Positions 21,191 to 29,342 are shown, numbered from the stretch's first letter. The stretch is 64,000 nt of DNA from an uncultured Verrucomicrobiae bacterium (GCA_963769285.1 CAVYLE010000007.1:270709-334708), one strand, 5' to 3'. The notes: generated from the sequence alone by a model not told the origin. Translations and numbers: made by a program.

Positions 21191-21604
21191 TCAGCCGTTG
21201 CCGTCCCGAATTAAAACGCTGAAGCCAGCTTGCTCGAAATGATGATCGCCCGTCAATGCGTCCGCCAAACCTTCCTCCTTCATCACAGTGAAAGAAATAC
21301 AGTCGGTGAGCGACCACTCTTTGTCGGGACGCTGGAAATAGAGGGACAAACCGCGGTGGAAAAGTTCATGACTGGCTTGAATGATTTTCACGTGACTGTC
21401 GTTCTCCAAAAGTTCAATCAGTTTCCTGAAGCCGGGCCGGGCGTCAGGAATAGCGGTCGCATCGCCTACTTCAGTCAGCACCCACTCGGTGGTTGTAAAA
21501 TGAAGGGAAGTATCGCCGTAGAACACCAAGGCATCCTCGTGCGCCGGATCGCGCGGATTGAGCAGAGCCAGAAAATAAAACGTGTCGGCAAAAACGCGAG
21601 TCAT
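21191..21604 (-). CDS. vapC: PIN-domain VapC-type toxin
   Basis: Acidic PIN positions are present (FADTFYF, TEWVLTEV, LTDCIS, GDHHF). There is a 4-nt ATGA overlap with the upstream small ORF. Confidence 0.85.
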   Translation of the reverse strand: MTRVFADTFYFLALLNPRDPAHEDALVFYGDTSLHFTTTEWVLTEVGDATAIPDARPGFRKLIELLENDSHVKIIQASHELFHRGLSLYFQRPDKEWSLTDCISFTVMKEEGLADALTGDHHFEQAGFSVLIRDGNG

Positions 21605-21819
21605 CGCTTGGGCGTCCCGTGAAGATAGTGGTCATGCTGCGCCGCCCAATCCGCCGGCAAATCGGGCATGGAACGGGCAATGGCACGGAGTTGTTCCACC
21701 AGCGCCCGACGGTCTTCTGGAGATTCTAGCGGCTCGACTCGAACTTTGGTGCCATCAGCCCAACCCGCTTCCGGCGGCAATTTTACCATGCCGCGTTCAA
21801 CTGTCCCAGTATAACTCAT
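21601..21819 (-). CDS. Putative antitoxin of the VapC toxin
   Basis: A 72-aa ORF translationally coupled (4-nt overlap) to the PIN gene. N-terminal beta-rich segment (GTVERGMVKLPPEAGWADGTKVRVEPL). Confidence 0.62.
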   Translation of the reverse strand: MSYTGTVERGMVKLPPEAGWADGTKVRVEPLESPEDRRALVEQLRAIARSMPDLPADWAAQHDHYLHGTPKR

Positions 21820-22023
21820 GTTTTAAAGCTATCGCTGTGCCTGCCGGAATGCAACTCTTTTGTGTTCACAGGCAATATTCGCCACACCCACCGCCAGTCG
21901 TCGCCGTGCCATGCCCCGGCAAGCTGGCGCTCCCAGGGGTTTCTTCTTTTGTGATCTTTGGGATCTTTGCAATGGAACGGCTCAGGTTGGAGACAGGCAG
22001 GATGCCTGTCCCACGTGGGTAAT

Positions 22024-22050
22024 AAAAAAGCCCCGGATTGCTCCGGGGCT
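22024..22050 (-). terminator. Rho-independent terminator of the PEP-CTERM gene
   Basis: On the minus strand: agccccgg-agcaat-ccggggct followed by TTTTTT. It lies 19 nt past the stop at 22069. Confidence 0.7.
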
Positions 22051-22068
22051 TTGATGAAAACAAACTGA

Positions 22069-22800
22069 TTATTTACGCCGACGGAACAACAACAATGAAA
22101 GACCGCCCAAACCAACCAACGCCATCGTGGTGGGTTCCGGAACCGCAAACAGGGAGAAACCACTGGTGAACGCACCGGGTTCAGCTGCCGTCACACCAAA
22201 CACGCTCGGAGCGGGAACATTGTTCGCACCACCACCGGAGAAACCGTAGCCCACTGCCGACCAGCCAACCAGATACGACGTACTACTCCAAGAGTTATTG
22301 ACGATATCATTGGAGACAGTCAGCCATGAATTGCCCAAACTAGCCGACCAGCCAACCAACATGTAATACATTTCCGTACCACCGGCTGAAGCAGATCCAC
22401 CCGTGGGAGCGCCCCAATTATTTACTGTGGCCCCCGCCGTAGTAGTACCGCCAGGAGCTGTAATCGAGCCCGCAAGAGCGGTACCATTGGTTATGATGCT
22501 GCCCACCATCGTCGCTGCATACCAACCATTGGCTGGATTCGGGTTGTCAACTACACCCAAGCCCGTATATGGCTGAATAAGCAACTGATAATAGAATCCG
22601 GCTCCGGTTGTGGTGTTGGCCCCGGCTGTGGACGTTTTACCGCTGACTCCACCCGTGCCTGTTCCACCAAATGCAGTGCCAACGGCGGTGTTGGTGTACA
22701 TTGCATAAGTTGCATTCAGGCTGGTAACTACAATTGTGCCCTGACCAAAGGCCAATGTAGCTCCGGTTACGATACTGATTATTGCTAGGATTTTTTTCAT
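22069..22800 (-). CDS. PEP-CTERM sorting-domain secreted protein (Gly/Thr/Ala-rich)
   Basis: Signal peptide MKKILAIISIVTGATLAFG. The C-terminus VPEPTTMALVGLGGLSLLLFRRRK is a PEP-CTERM anchor. Codon usage is visibly lower in GC. Confidence 0.85.
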   Translation of the reverse strand: MKKILAIISIVTGATLAFGQGTIVVTSLNATYAMYTNTAVGTAFGGTGTGGVSGKTSTAGANTTTGAGFYYQLLIQPYTGLGVVDNPNPANGWYAATMVGSIITNGTALAGSITAPGGTTTAGATVNNWGAPTGGSASAGGTEMYYMLVGWSASLGNSWLTVSNDIVNNSWSSTSYLVGWSAVGYGFSGGGANNVPAPSVFGVTAAEPGAFTSGFSLFAVPEPTTMALVGLGGLSLLLFRRRK

Positions 22801-22864
22801 AGTTATTTTTGTTGTTTTCTAAATTACTGTTTTCGTTGTTTTGATGTGTTCTCCTGAAATATTA

Positions 22865-23548
22865 TCACGGCACTATAAGGTTCTGTGTCCACGTTACAGC
22901 ACTACCACTGTTATTGTAGTAAAAGCCTTGACCCACATTCAGGCTCGGAGCGTCAACTGAACTATAGTCCAGACCGTTCAACCACGTTCCAGTACCGACA
23001 TTAAGATAAAACGAGTAAGATTGAGCGACGGCATCAAAGGTAGAAACCGTATCGCCCGCGTTGAAAGTAATGTTAATATTTGTGCTATCAATAGTACTCA
23101 CACCAATCGGAGGCGTTGAACCAATCAGGTTGTAACCGCTGACAAGAGTGTTGGTATTTCCCAAAATCACGGTGCCGGCACATGTGTTCGTCACCACGCC
23201 ACTGCTGTTGTTATAGAAAAACCCCTGACCAACAGGCAATAGTGGCGCGTTAACTGAACTATAGTCCAAAGCGCTCAACCACGCATCAGGACCGGTATAA
23301 AGATAAAAAACGTACCCTTGACCGACTGGATCCCATAAAGCAATCGTATCACCACCCTGTAAATTTGGAAAAACCTGTTCGGCGTTATTTGAAGAGGTGA
23401 CCGCAACCGGACACACAAGCAAATTATATCCGGGTTGGATCTTCTGAGTGACATAACCGACGATGTTTTGTGAATACGTTTGGGCCGAGGAGGCCAGAAT
23501 GCCCGCTGCGAGAGCAGCAGATGCAATTAGTAGTGTTTTAGTTCTCAT
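22865..23548 (-). CDS. Secreted hypothetical protein with an internal duplication
   Basis: The internal ATG at 23548 gives signal peptide MRTKTLLIASAALAAGILASSAQ. Two homologous halves both end ...LDYSSV(N/D)AP(L/S)L(P/N)VGQGF(F/Y)YNNS.... The upstream 129 codons of the track ORF look non-coding. Confidence 0.7.
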   Translation of the reverse strand: MRTKTLLIASAALAAGILASSAQTYSQNIVGYVTQKIQPGYNLLVCPVAVTSSNNAEQVFPNLQGGDTIALWDPVGQGYVFYLYTGPDAWLSALDYSSVNAPLLPVGQGFFYNNSSGVVTNTCAGTVILGNTNTLVSGYNLIGSTPPIGVSTIDSTNINITFNAGDTVSTFDAVAQSYSFYLNVGTGTWLNGLDYSSVDAPSLNVGQGFYYNNSGSAVTWTQNLIVP

Positions 23549-23915
23549 ATTGTTACCTGATTTTTGTTTTGTTGTTACCGTGTGTGGTACAAATATCACA
23601 AAAGAGCGAGGGGAAGTCAACTTTTTTTTTAAGTTTTTTTGAACGTTTTTGGGACAGGCAAACCCCTTGTTTTCAGGGGTTTTTGCCATTTCAGCACAAC
23701 GGTTGGACACGGAGAGAAAAGAAAATTTGGGTTGAAAGACGCAAAAATGGCCTCCCAGGCCCGCCACCATATGCAGATGGTCCGCCTGCTGGAATTGTGG
23801 TTGGCCGCGTAAAGTTTCCATTGTCGTTCCGCAAAGCGGGACTTCCGTCTCCATTAACACTTCGACGCGACAAGCTGGGGACAAAAACCGCCTGATGAAC
23901 CGCAAAGAGCACAGC

Positions 23916-24129
23916 GCGGCCGAGCCGCAATCCAACGCCCCCGGAGGTGAAGGCAGGGGAATGAACGGCAGAGGAATAACGAAGAGAGAATCCGCGTTTC
24001 ATTCCGCTGCCGTTCATTCCCTTGCCAATTTCCGTCCAGTCTGCATTGCTGCGGCTGGTCTTCCAGACACAGCCGCGCTCCGGAAAAACGTCGCAGCGCG
24101 CGAGAATTCTGACGTATTGCAGCGCAAAG
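23916..24129. repeat. 214-bp repeat (Rep-A, 'ggaatgaacggcagaggaata' hairpin family), copy 1
   Basis: Near-identical to 24986..25199; I count 3 mismatches. It contains the hairpin ggaatgaacggcag...ctgccgttcattcc. A diverged partial unit follows at 24130-24300. Confidence 0.85.
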
Positions 24130-24319
24130 AACACAGCACGGCGAAGCCGCAATCCGCCACTGCCCGAGGTGAAGGCGGGGGAATGAACGGCAGAGGAATA
24201 AGGGCTTTAAAATTTGGAGTCCATTCCCTTGCCGATCATTCCTCTGCCTGTTTCCTGCCAGGTTTGCGCCGCCGACCAAACGAGCTTGACTCAACATTGT
24301 TTTATGGGAAATTTCCCAT

Positions 24320-24565
24320 ATGACAACTGTAACCAAAGCTGATAAGAGCCGGTTGACCATTCGCGGACTGGTGGACGGGGAGCAATACATCGTGCGCGAA
24401 CAGCCCGGCGGCTGGTTCATTACGCCCGAAAAAAAACATCGGGTAAAAAAAACCGGCATGAGTGCGGAGGCCTTCGCCCGGATCTACCGTTCCCGCACTC
24501 CTTTGGACACGGCCACCGCGGCTGAAATTTCCGCCAACCTCGCCGCCACGGACAAAGCCCGATGA
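24320..24565 (+). CDS. vapB: AbrB/SpoVT-fold VapB-type antitoxin
   Basis: MTTVTKADKSRLTIRGLVDGEQYIVREQPGGWFITP.... There is a 4-nt overlap with the PIN gene. The N-terminus is homologous to the antitoxin at 20704..20922. Confidence 0.75.
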   Translation: MTTVTKADKSRLTIRGLVDGEQYIVREQPGGWFITPEKKHRVKKTGMSAEAFARIYRSRTPLDTATAAEISANLAATDKAR

Positions 24566-24960
24566 GAATCCTGATTGACACTTCTTTGCTGGTGGAAGGT
24601 GAACGCCGGCATTTTGATCTGGGCGAATGGGTGGTCGCCGCCCGGCATGAAGTTTTTATTTGTGATGCGACGGTGGCGGAATACATCGCAGGCAAGCCGT
24701 TGAAAGACGCGGGAAAGGAGCAACGCTGGCAGAATTATTGGGAATCGTTCGTTTCGCTTTTGGAGTCCGTCCCACTGGATCATCAGGTCTGTGAAAAAGC
24801 CGGGGAGCTGCTGGCGGATGCCCGCCGCAGGGGAAAAACCATGCCGCTCGGCGACGGCTTTCATGCCGCAGTCGCGGCGTTGGAAGATTTGACCGTCGCC
24901 ACGGTTGACGTTGACCACTTCAAAGCCCTCGGGGTCCGCGCGGTCAACCCGCTAAAATAA
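24562..24960 (+). CDS. vapC: PIN-domain VapC-type toxin
   Basis: MRILIDTSLLVEGE..., GDGFHAAVA and TVDVDHF give the PIN acidic residues. Coupled to the upstream antitoxin. Confidence 0.85.
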   Translation: MRILIDTSLLVEGERRHFDLGEWVVAARHEVFICDATVAEYIAGKPLKDAGKEQRWQNYWESFVSLLESVPLDHQVCEKAGELLADARRRGKTMPLGDGFHAAVAALEDLTVATVDVDHFKALGVRAVNPLK

Positions 24961-24985
24961 TTTCCCGCACGGGCCCGCACCCAAA

Positions 24986-25199
24986 GCGGCCGAGCCGCAA
25001 TCCAACGCCCCCGGAGGTGAAGGCAGGGGAATGAACGGCAGAGGAATAACGAAGAGAGAATCCGTGTTTCATTCCGCTGCCGTTCATTCCCTTGCCCATT
25101 TCCGTCCAGTCTGCATGGCTGCGGCTGGTCTTCCAGACACAGCCGCGCTCCGGAAAAACGTCGCAGCGCGCGAGAATTCTGACGTATTGCAGCGCAAAG
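24986..25199. repeat. 214-bp repeat (Rep-A), copy 2, same orientation as copy 1
   Basis: Aligned by eye to 23916..24129. Differences are c/t, a/c and t/g at three positions only. Confidence 0.85.
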
Positions 25200-25598
25200 G
25201 AAACCTCTTCCCTCTTTGCGTTCGCTTGCGGCTATCCACTGTGGTGGCGGCGCCAGCCGCGCCGGGGGAATCCGTAATACAATCCTGCAACTTCGCGCAC
25301 GGACAACAAAGATTTGGACTGCGGTGGCAGAGCGTAGCGGCGACACCGCTTTCCGTGCTGCCGGTTGCTTCCAAAAGCGGCGTGGCGCTTCGCTTCCCGC
25401 CGCAGTCCAAAATCTGTGGTTGCGGCGTAAGCCGCGCTGGGTCCATCCGTGGTAAAAAAATCTTGCGTGTTCGTCATTCGGTTTTGGGGAATGCTTTTTG
25501 GAGGAATCGGGCGTTTTCGATTTACGATTTCGGATTTGTAGTCAGAGCCTCCTTACCAGTCTTCGCATCAAAGGCTACGACCCGGCAAGCGTCGGCTG

Positions 25599-26833
25599 CT
25601 ACGAAGTGACGATGATTTTGAGGGAATCGGCGTTGGATGGGCGGCCAATGGACAGCCGCGGCGGTTTGAGCCAGCGGAAAGCGGTGGGAAATCAGCGGGC
25701 GCACGTCGAGCTGGCGGGAGAAGACAAGCCGCGCCACTTCGTCCTGCAACGTGAAATCGGATGAGTAGCTGCCGAGCAAATCTTTTTCGTCGAGACAGAT
25801 GGAGGCTAAATCAAGGCTGAAGGCTGAAGGCTGAAGGCTGAAGCGTGAGAACGCTTGGATTTGACTGCGCTTACCGGCGCAAACTCGTTTGGTGTGGGCG
25901 AAGAGGAGCACCTGGCCGCCACAGCGGACGAGTTGCAGGGCCTGTTGCACGGCGGCGTCGGACGGAACGGCGATGACGGCCGCGTCGAGGCCGTAGCCGC
26001 GCGTGGCAAGGTGGTTGAGGGTTGAGCCGTGTCGCTCCGCTTCACCGCGCCAAGGAGTTGAGGGTTGAGAGCGGAGCGTTTGTTGTAGCGCAGCCGTCCC
26101 GGCTGCAAAGGCGGCTTTGCAAATGCAGGCGGGACGCCTGCGCTACTTTTTGTGATGTTGACTGCCCATTTGGCGCCGAATTTTTTGGCGAGGCGCAGTC
26201 GCGGCTCGAGCAGGTCGGTGGCGATGACTTGCGCGCCCGCAAGCTGGAGCAGCCGGGTAAACATAAGGCCAATCGGCCCCTGACCGGCCACCAGCACGAC
26301 GTCGCCGCGCAGCAGGGACAATCGGCGAACGGCTTTGAGGACGGTGTTGACGGGTTCGAGCATGGCGCCTTCGGCAAAGGAATTTTTGGCGGGAATTTTC
26401 ACGACGCCGGGCAGGACGAAGGGCATGACGCGGACGTATTCAGCGTAGCCGCCGCCGGCGGGTTGGAAGCCGGCGGTGATGCCGGTGCGTTTGTAAGTCT
26501 CGCATTGGGCGAAGGCGTGATGGCGGCAGAAATGGCAGTCGAGGCACGGCACATGATGGTGGAGGGCGACGCGGTCGCCGATTTTCCAGCTCCAGACCCG
26601 ACGACCCCAGACCCCAACTTCGAAATCGCGCCGGCGGTTTCGTGTCCGAAAATGCGCGGCGGCGGCACGGTGCCGTACTGGATTTTTTTGATGTCGGTGG
26701 GGCAGACGCCGCACATGGCGACTTTGACGAGCAGTTCGCCGGGGCCGATGCGGGGGACGGGAACGGTTTCGAGGCGGAGGTCGTTGACGCCGCGATAGAC
26801 GACGGCGCGCATGGTTTTGGGGATGTCAGGCAC
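25599..26833 (-). pseudogene. Zn-dependent medium-chain alcohol/sorbitol dehydrogenase, disrupted by frameshifts and repeat insertions
   Basis: The N-terminus (MRAVVYRGVNDLRLETVPVPRIGPGELLVKVAMCGVCPTDIKKI...GHETAG) is in ORF 26399..26833. The middle (WKIGDRVALHHHVPCLDCHFC...LVAGQGPIGL) is in 25806..26714. The C-terminus (QQALQLVRCGGQVLLFAHT...LDEKDLLGSYSS...ISHRFPL) is in 25522..25950, and the tail ADSLKIIVTS* is in yet another frame. Palindromic inserts lie at about 26030-26160 and about 25805-25880. Confidence 0.75.
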
Positions 26834-26988
26834 GGGGAAATTTTAACCACGAAACACACGAAAGACACGAAAAAAGGGCCGAAAACCGAATCCCGAACCC
26901 GAAAGAAGGCCGAAGGCCGAAATCCGAATGCCGCGTAAAGCTGCGCCATGCGGCCTTGCCACTGACTGGTCATGCGAAAGACATGAAA

Positions 26989-27235
26989 TTTTAACCACGG
27001 ATGGACACGGATGGACATGGATTCTTTGACACGAATTGCGCGAATTATCGGTAGTGGCTCAGTTCGAACTTAATTGGTGGGGCGAGACTACTGGCGAGCC
27101 GATTTTGGGTGCAAATTCCATCAGTCCCGGCTCGCGAGTATGCTCGCCCCACCAAAGTAACCCACTACTGAATTATCGCTGACTTAATTCGCGTCATTTG
27201 CGAAATTCGTGTCTCGCCCTTATCCGTGTTCATTC
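26989..27235. repeat. Long nested-palindrome MITE-like element (Rep-B), copy A
   Basis: Three nested arm pairs: aaccacggat..acacggat / atccgtgt..; gacacgaattgcgcgaattatcggtagtgg / ccactactgaattatcg...gcgaaattcgtgtc; ggtggggcgagactactggcgagccg / cggctcgcgagtatgctcgccccacc. Confidence 0.8.
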
Positions 27236-27251
27236 TTCAACTCTCAACCAT

Positions 27252-27575
27252 TCAGAGGGCGTTCCAGCCGTGGCTGATGATGATGGCGCGGACGATTTGC
27301 CGCCGACGTTCCAGCGCCACCGTGCCGCGATGCTTTTTCAATTCATCGCGCGGGATGGCGTAGATGCAATCGCATTTGCAAAACGTGGGCCAGTCCATGC
27401 CGTCCGCTTTGTCCAGAATCACTTCATTTTCATTCGGGGGACGGTTAGCCCGTTGGGATGAGCAGTCCAGCACTTCGAGAAAATCTTTTCGCGCGGCGCG
27501 CGCCGGGTGGGAAACGACAACTACCGGATGGGTCTGCCATCCCCAATCGGCTTCATAGACCTCCCAGGCGTTCAC
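27252..27575 (-). CDS. PemK/MazF-fold toxin-like protein
   Basis: A GTG at 27575 overlaps the antitoxin stop as GTGA. Sequence: ...HPVVVVSHPARAARKDFLEVLDCSS...CKCDCIYAIPRDELKKHRGTVALERRRQIVRAIIISHGW. The upstream part of track ORF 27252..27917 is treated as non-coding. Confidence 0.62.
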   Translation of the reverse strand: MNAWEVYEADWGWQTHPVVVVSHPARAARKDFLEVLDCSSQRANRPPNENEVILDKADGMDWPTFCKCDCIYAIPRDELKKHRGTVALERRRQIVRAIIISHGWNAL

Positions 27576-27832
27576 GGTTTGGCGCCTTTGCGCACGGCGG
27601 CCTTCAGCGCCCTGAAAGCGCCGCGTCCGACGGTGGCGGCCTGCTTGTCCTGGCGTCCGTAGATGGCTTCCGCCTGCGCCGGTGTGAGCGGCGGCGGCGT
27701 GAGATAATCCGTCTCCTGGCGTTGCATCCGGCGGAGGGACTCCCGCACCGCCTCGCTTTGGTTGTTGAATCTCCCGGATTTCACGAGGCGGGAGACGAAA
27801 TCCTGTTGTTCTTTGGCCAGGGCGTAACCCAT
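27572..27832 (-). CDS. parD: ParD/RHH-type antitoxin
   Basis: From ATG 27832: MGYALAKEQQDFVSRLVKSGRFNNQSEAVRESLRRMQ is a ribbon-helix-helix ParD-like N-terminus. There is a 4-nt overlap with the downstream toxin. Confidence 0.7.
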   Translation of the reverse strand: MGYALAKEQQDFVSRLVKSGRFNNQSEAVRESLRRMQRQETDYLTPPPLTPAQAEAIYGRQDKQAATVGRGAFRALKAAVRKGAKP

Positions 27833-27898
27833 GCAAGAAGATTGGACAACTATTGGAGAAAGTAAAGCGGAAAAAAGCCGAGGACGCAGAGCGCCGCA

Positions 27899-28195
27899 GA
27901 GCTTTTTCTTTAACCACGGATTAACACGGATGCACACGGATTGGAAAGAGTGGGCACAATGCTTGACGCGAATTGCGCGAATTATCGGTAGTGGCTCAGT
28001 TTGAACTAAATTGGTGGGGCGAGACTACTGGCGAGCCGATTTTGGTTGCACAACCCATCAGTCCCGGCTCGCGAGTACGCTCGCCCCACCAAAGTAACCC
28101 ACTACTGAATTATCGCTGACTGAATTCGTGTTGATTCGCGAAATTCGCGTCGCGCCCTTATCCGTGTTAACCCGTGTTCATCCTTGGTTTAAAAA
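27899..28195. repeat. Rep-B MITE-like element, copy B (same orientation as copy A)
   Basis: Same three nested arm pairs as copy A, with substitutions and indels. Its right end (ttcatccttggtttaaa) supplies the last codons and stop of the RluA-type reading frame. Confidence 0.8.
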
Positions 28196-29081
28196 GTCGG
28201 AGAACCATGGCTCAGGGGCGCAGGAAAATTCCATGGGCCGGCCGCGCCAGGGAAAGCGCACGGCGCAGGCGTGCAGCGCCTGATGCGGCAAAATGAGCCG
28301 GGCACGTTGCTCCGGCGTCAGGCGATTTTCGACCAGCGCCAGATATAAATCCTCGTCGCCGCCGTAAAGTTTGTCGCCGACGATGGGATGGCCGAGGTGG
28401 GCGAGGTGGATGCGGATTTGATGTTTGCGGCCGGTCAGCGGCGAACCAGCCGCAAGAGCGAGAATGGAAGATTGAGGATGGAGGATGGAAAGGCTGGGTT
28501 ACGTCGAAAAACGAGCTGGTAGGGCGCGCAGTTCGCCTTCTTCGGATTTCGGCAGCCGTGCCGTCGGAATTGTGAACGGCAGCGGCAGAGGACTGCCTGA
28601 CTACCGGGCGCTTTGATAAACCACGCGGGAAAACCGGCGTTCGACCCGGAATTCGGTTTGGGAGGGCGCGCCGTCGGGGCGGACGCAGTCTTTGACGGCG
28701 ACGATGCTGCGCTCGTCTTTGCCGAGCGGCGCGTCAATCAGGCCGTGGTCGTCGCGGACGTGGCCGTGGACGATGGCGAGGTATTCTTTCTGGACGGCGC
28801 GGGCTTCCCAGATTTTGCCGAGTTCGCCGGCGGTTTCGGAATTTTTGGCGATGATAACGATGCCGCTGGTTTCGCGGTCGAGGCGGTTGATTAAATGAGT
28901 TGAAGGTTGAGCCCCGAAGGCTTCGGGTGCAGTTGAGAGTTGAGGGTTTCAGATAAAGGCGGGCGCGGCTGATGAGGCTGGACAATTCATCGCCCTTGGT
29001 CGGATGACAGACGAGTCCGGCCGGTTTGTTGATGACCAGCAGGTCGGCGTCTTCATAGATGATGTGGAGCAGGTTTTCCAA
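28178..29081 (-). pseudogene. RluA-family pseudouridine synthase interrupted by two repeat insertions / frame changes
   Basis: N-terminus MENLLHIIYEDADLLVINKPAGLVCHPTKGD (ORF 28734..29081). The catalytic motif LINRLDRETSGIV lies in a different frame after a palindromic insert at about 28895-28950. The C-terminal [24 protein letters not shown] lies after a second insert at about 28445-28610. Confidence 0.72.
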
Positions 29082-29342
29082 ACGCGGGAGATTTTAACCA
29101 CGGATGGACACGGATGAACACGAATTAAATATAACAGGAGCAAACAGAGACGCACGGAGACATGGTTACGGACAAGCCTCCTCACGTCGGCTCCTACTGA
29201 GCGCCGAAGGCGCAGAGTTTTGACCGCTCATTCACGGCTGATCAGCTGAAGATTAGCGGTTCAACGCCTTTTGAACCGTGGCGCAACATGATTGACTTTC
29301 ACATTCAGCATTCTTCATTCTGCCTTCCACATTTGAATTGAA

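Noticed and set aside
23549-23935. N-terminal 129-codon extension of ORF 22865..23935, and the 201-aa and 153-aa ORFs at 23691..24459
   Set aside because: The extension precedes a perfect signal peptide at the internal ATG (23548) and runs into Rep-A repeat DNA. The other ORFs are translations of the repeats (…NGRGI… / …IPLPFIP… strings).
27576-27937. Upstream parts of ORFs 27252..27917 (221 aa) and 27572..27937 (121 aa)
   Set aside because: The extra N-terminal residues come from Rep-B repeat DNA (MCIRVNPWLK…) or overlap the antitoxin out of frame. The internal starts give canonical TA sizes with a GTGA overlap.
20058-29200. Chromosomal integron / cassette array hypothesis (small genes and TA pairs separated by palindromic repeats)
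   Set aside because: No IntI-type integrase or attI is present. Cassette orientation is mixed. The flanking repeats belong to several unrelated families, and I cannot recognise attC R''/R' core sites (RYYYAAC/GTTRRRY) in them. I keep this only as 'repeat-flanked TA cassettes'.
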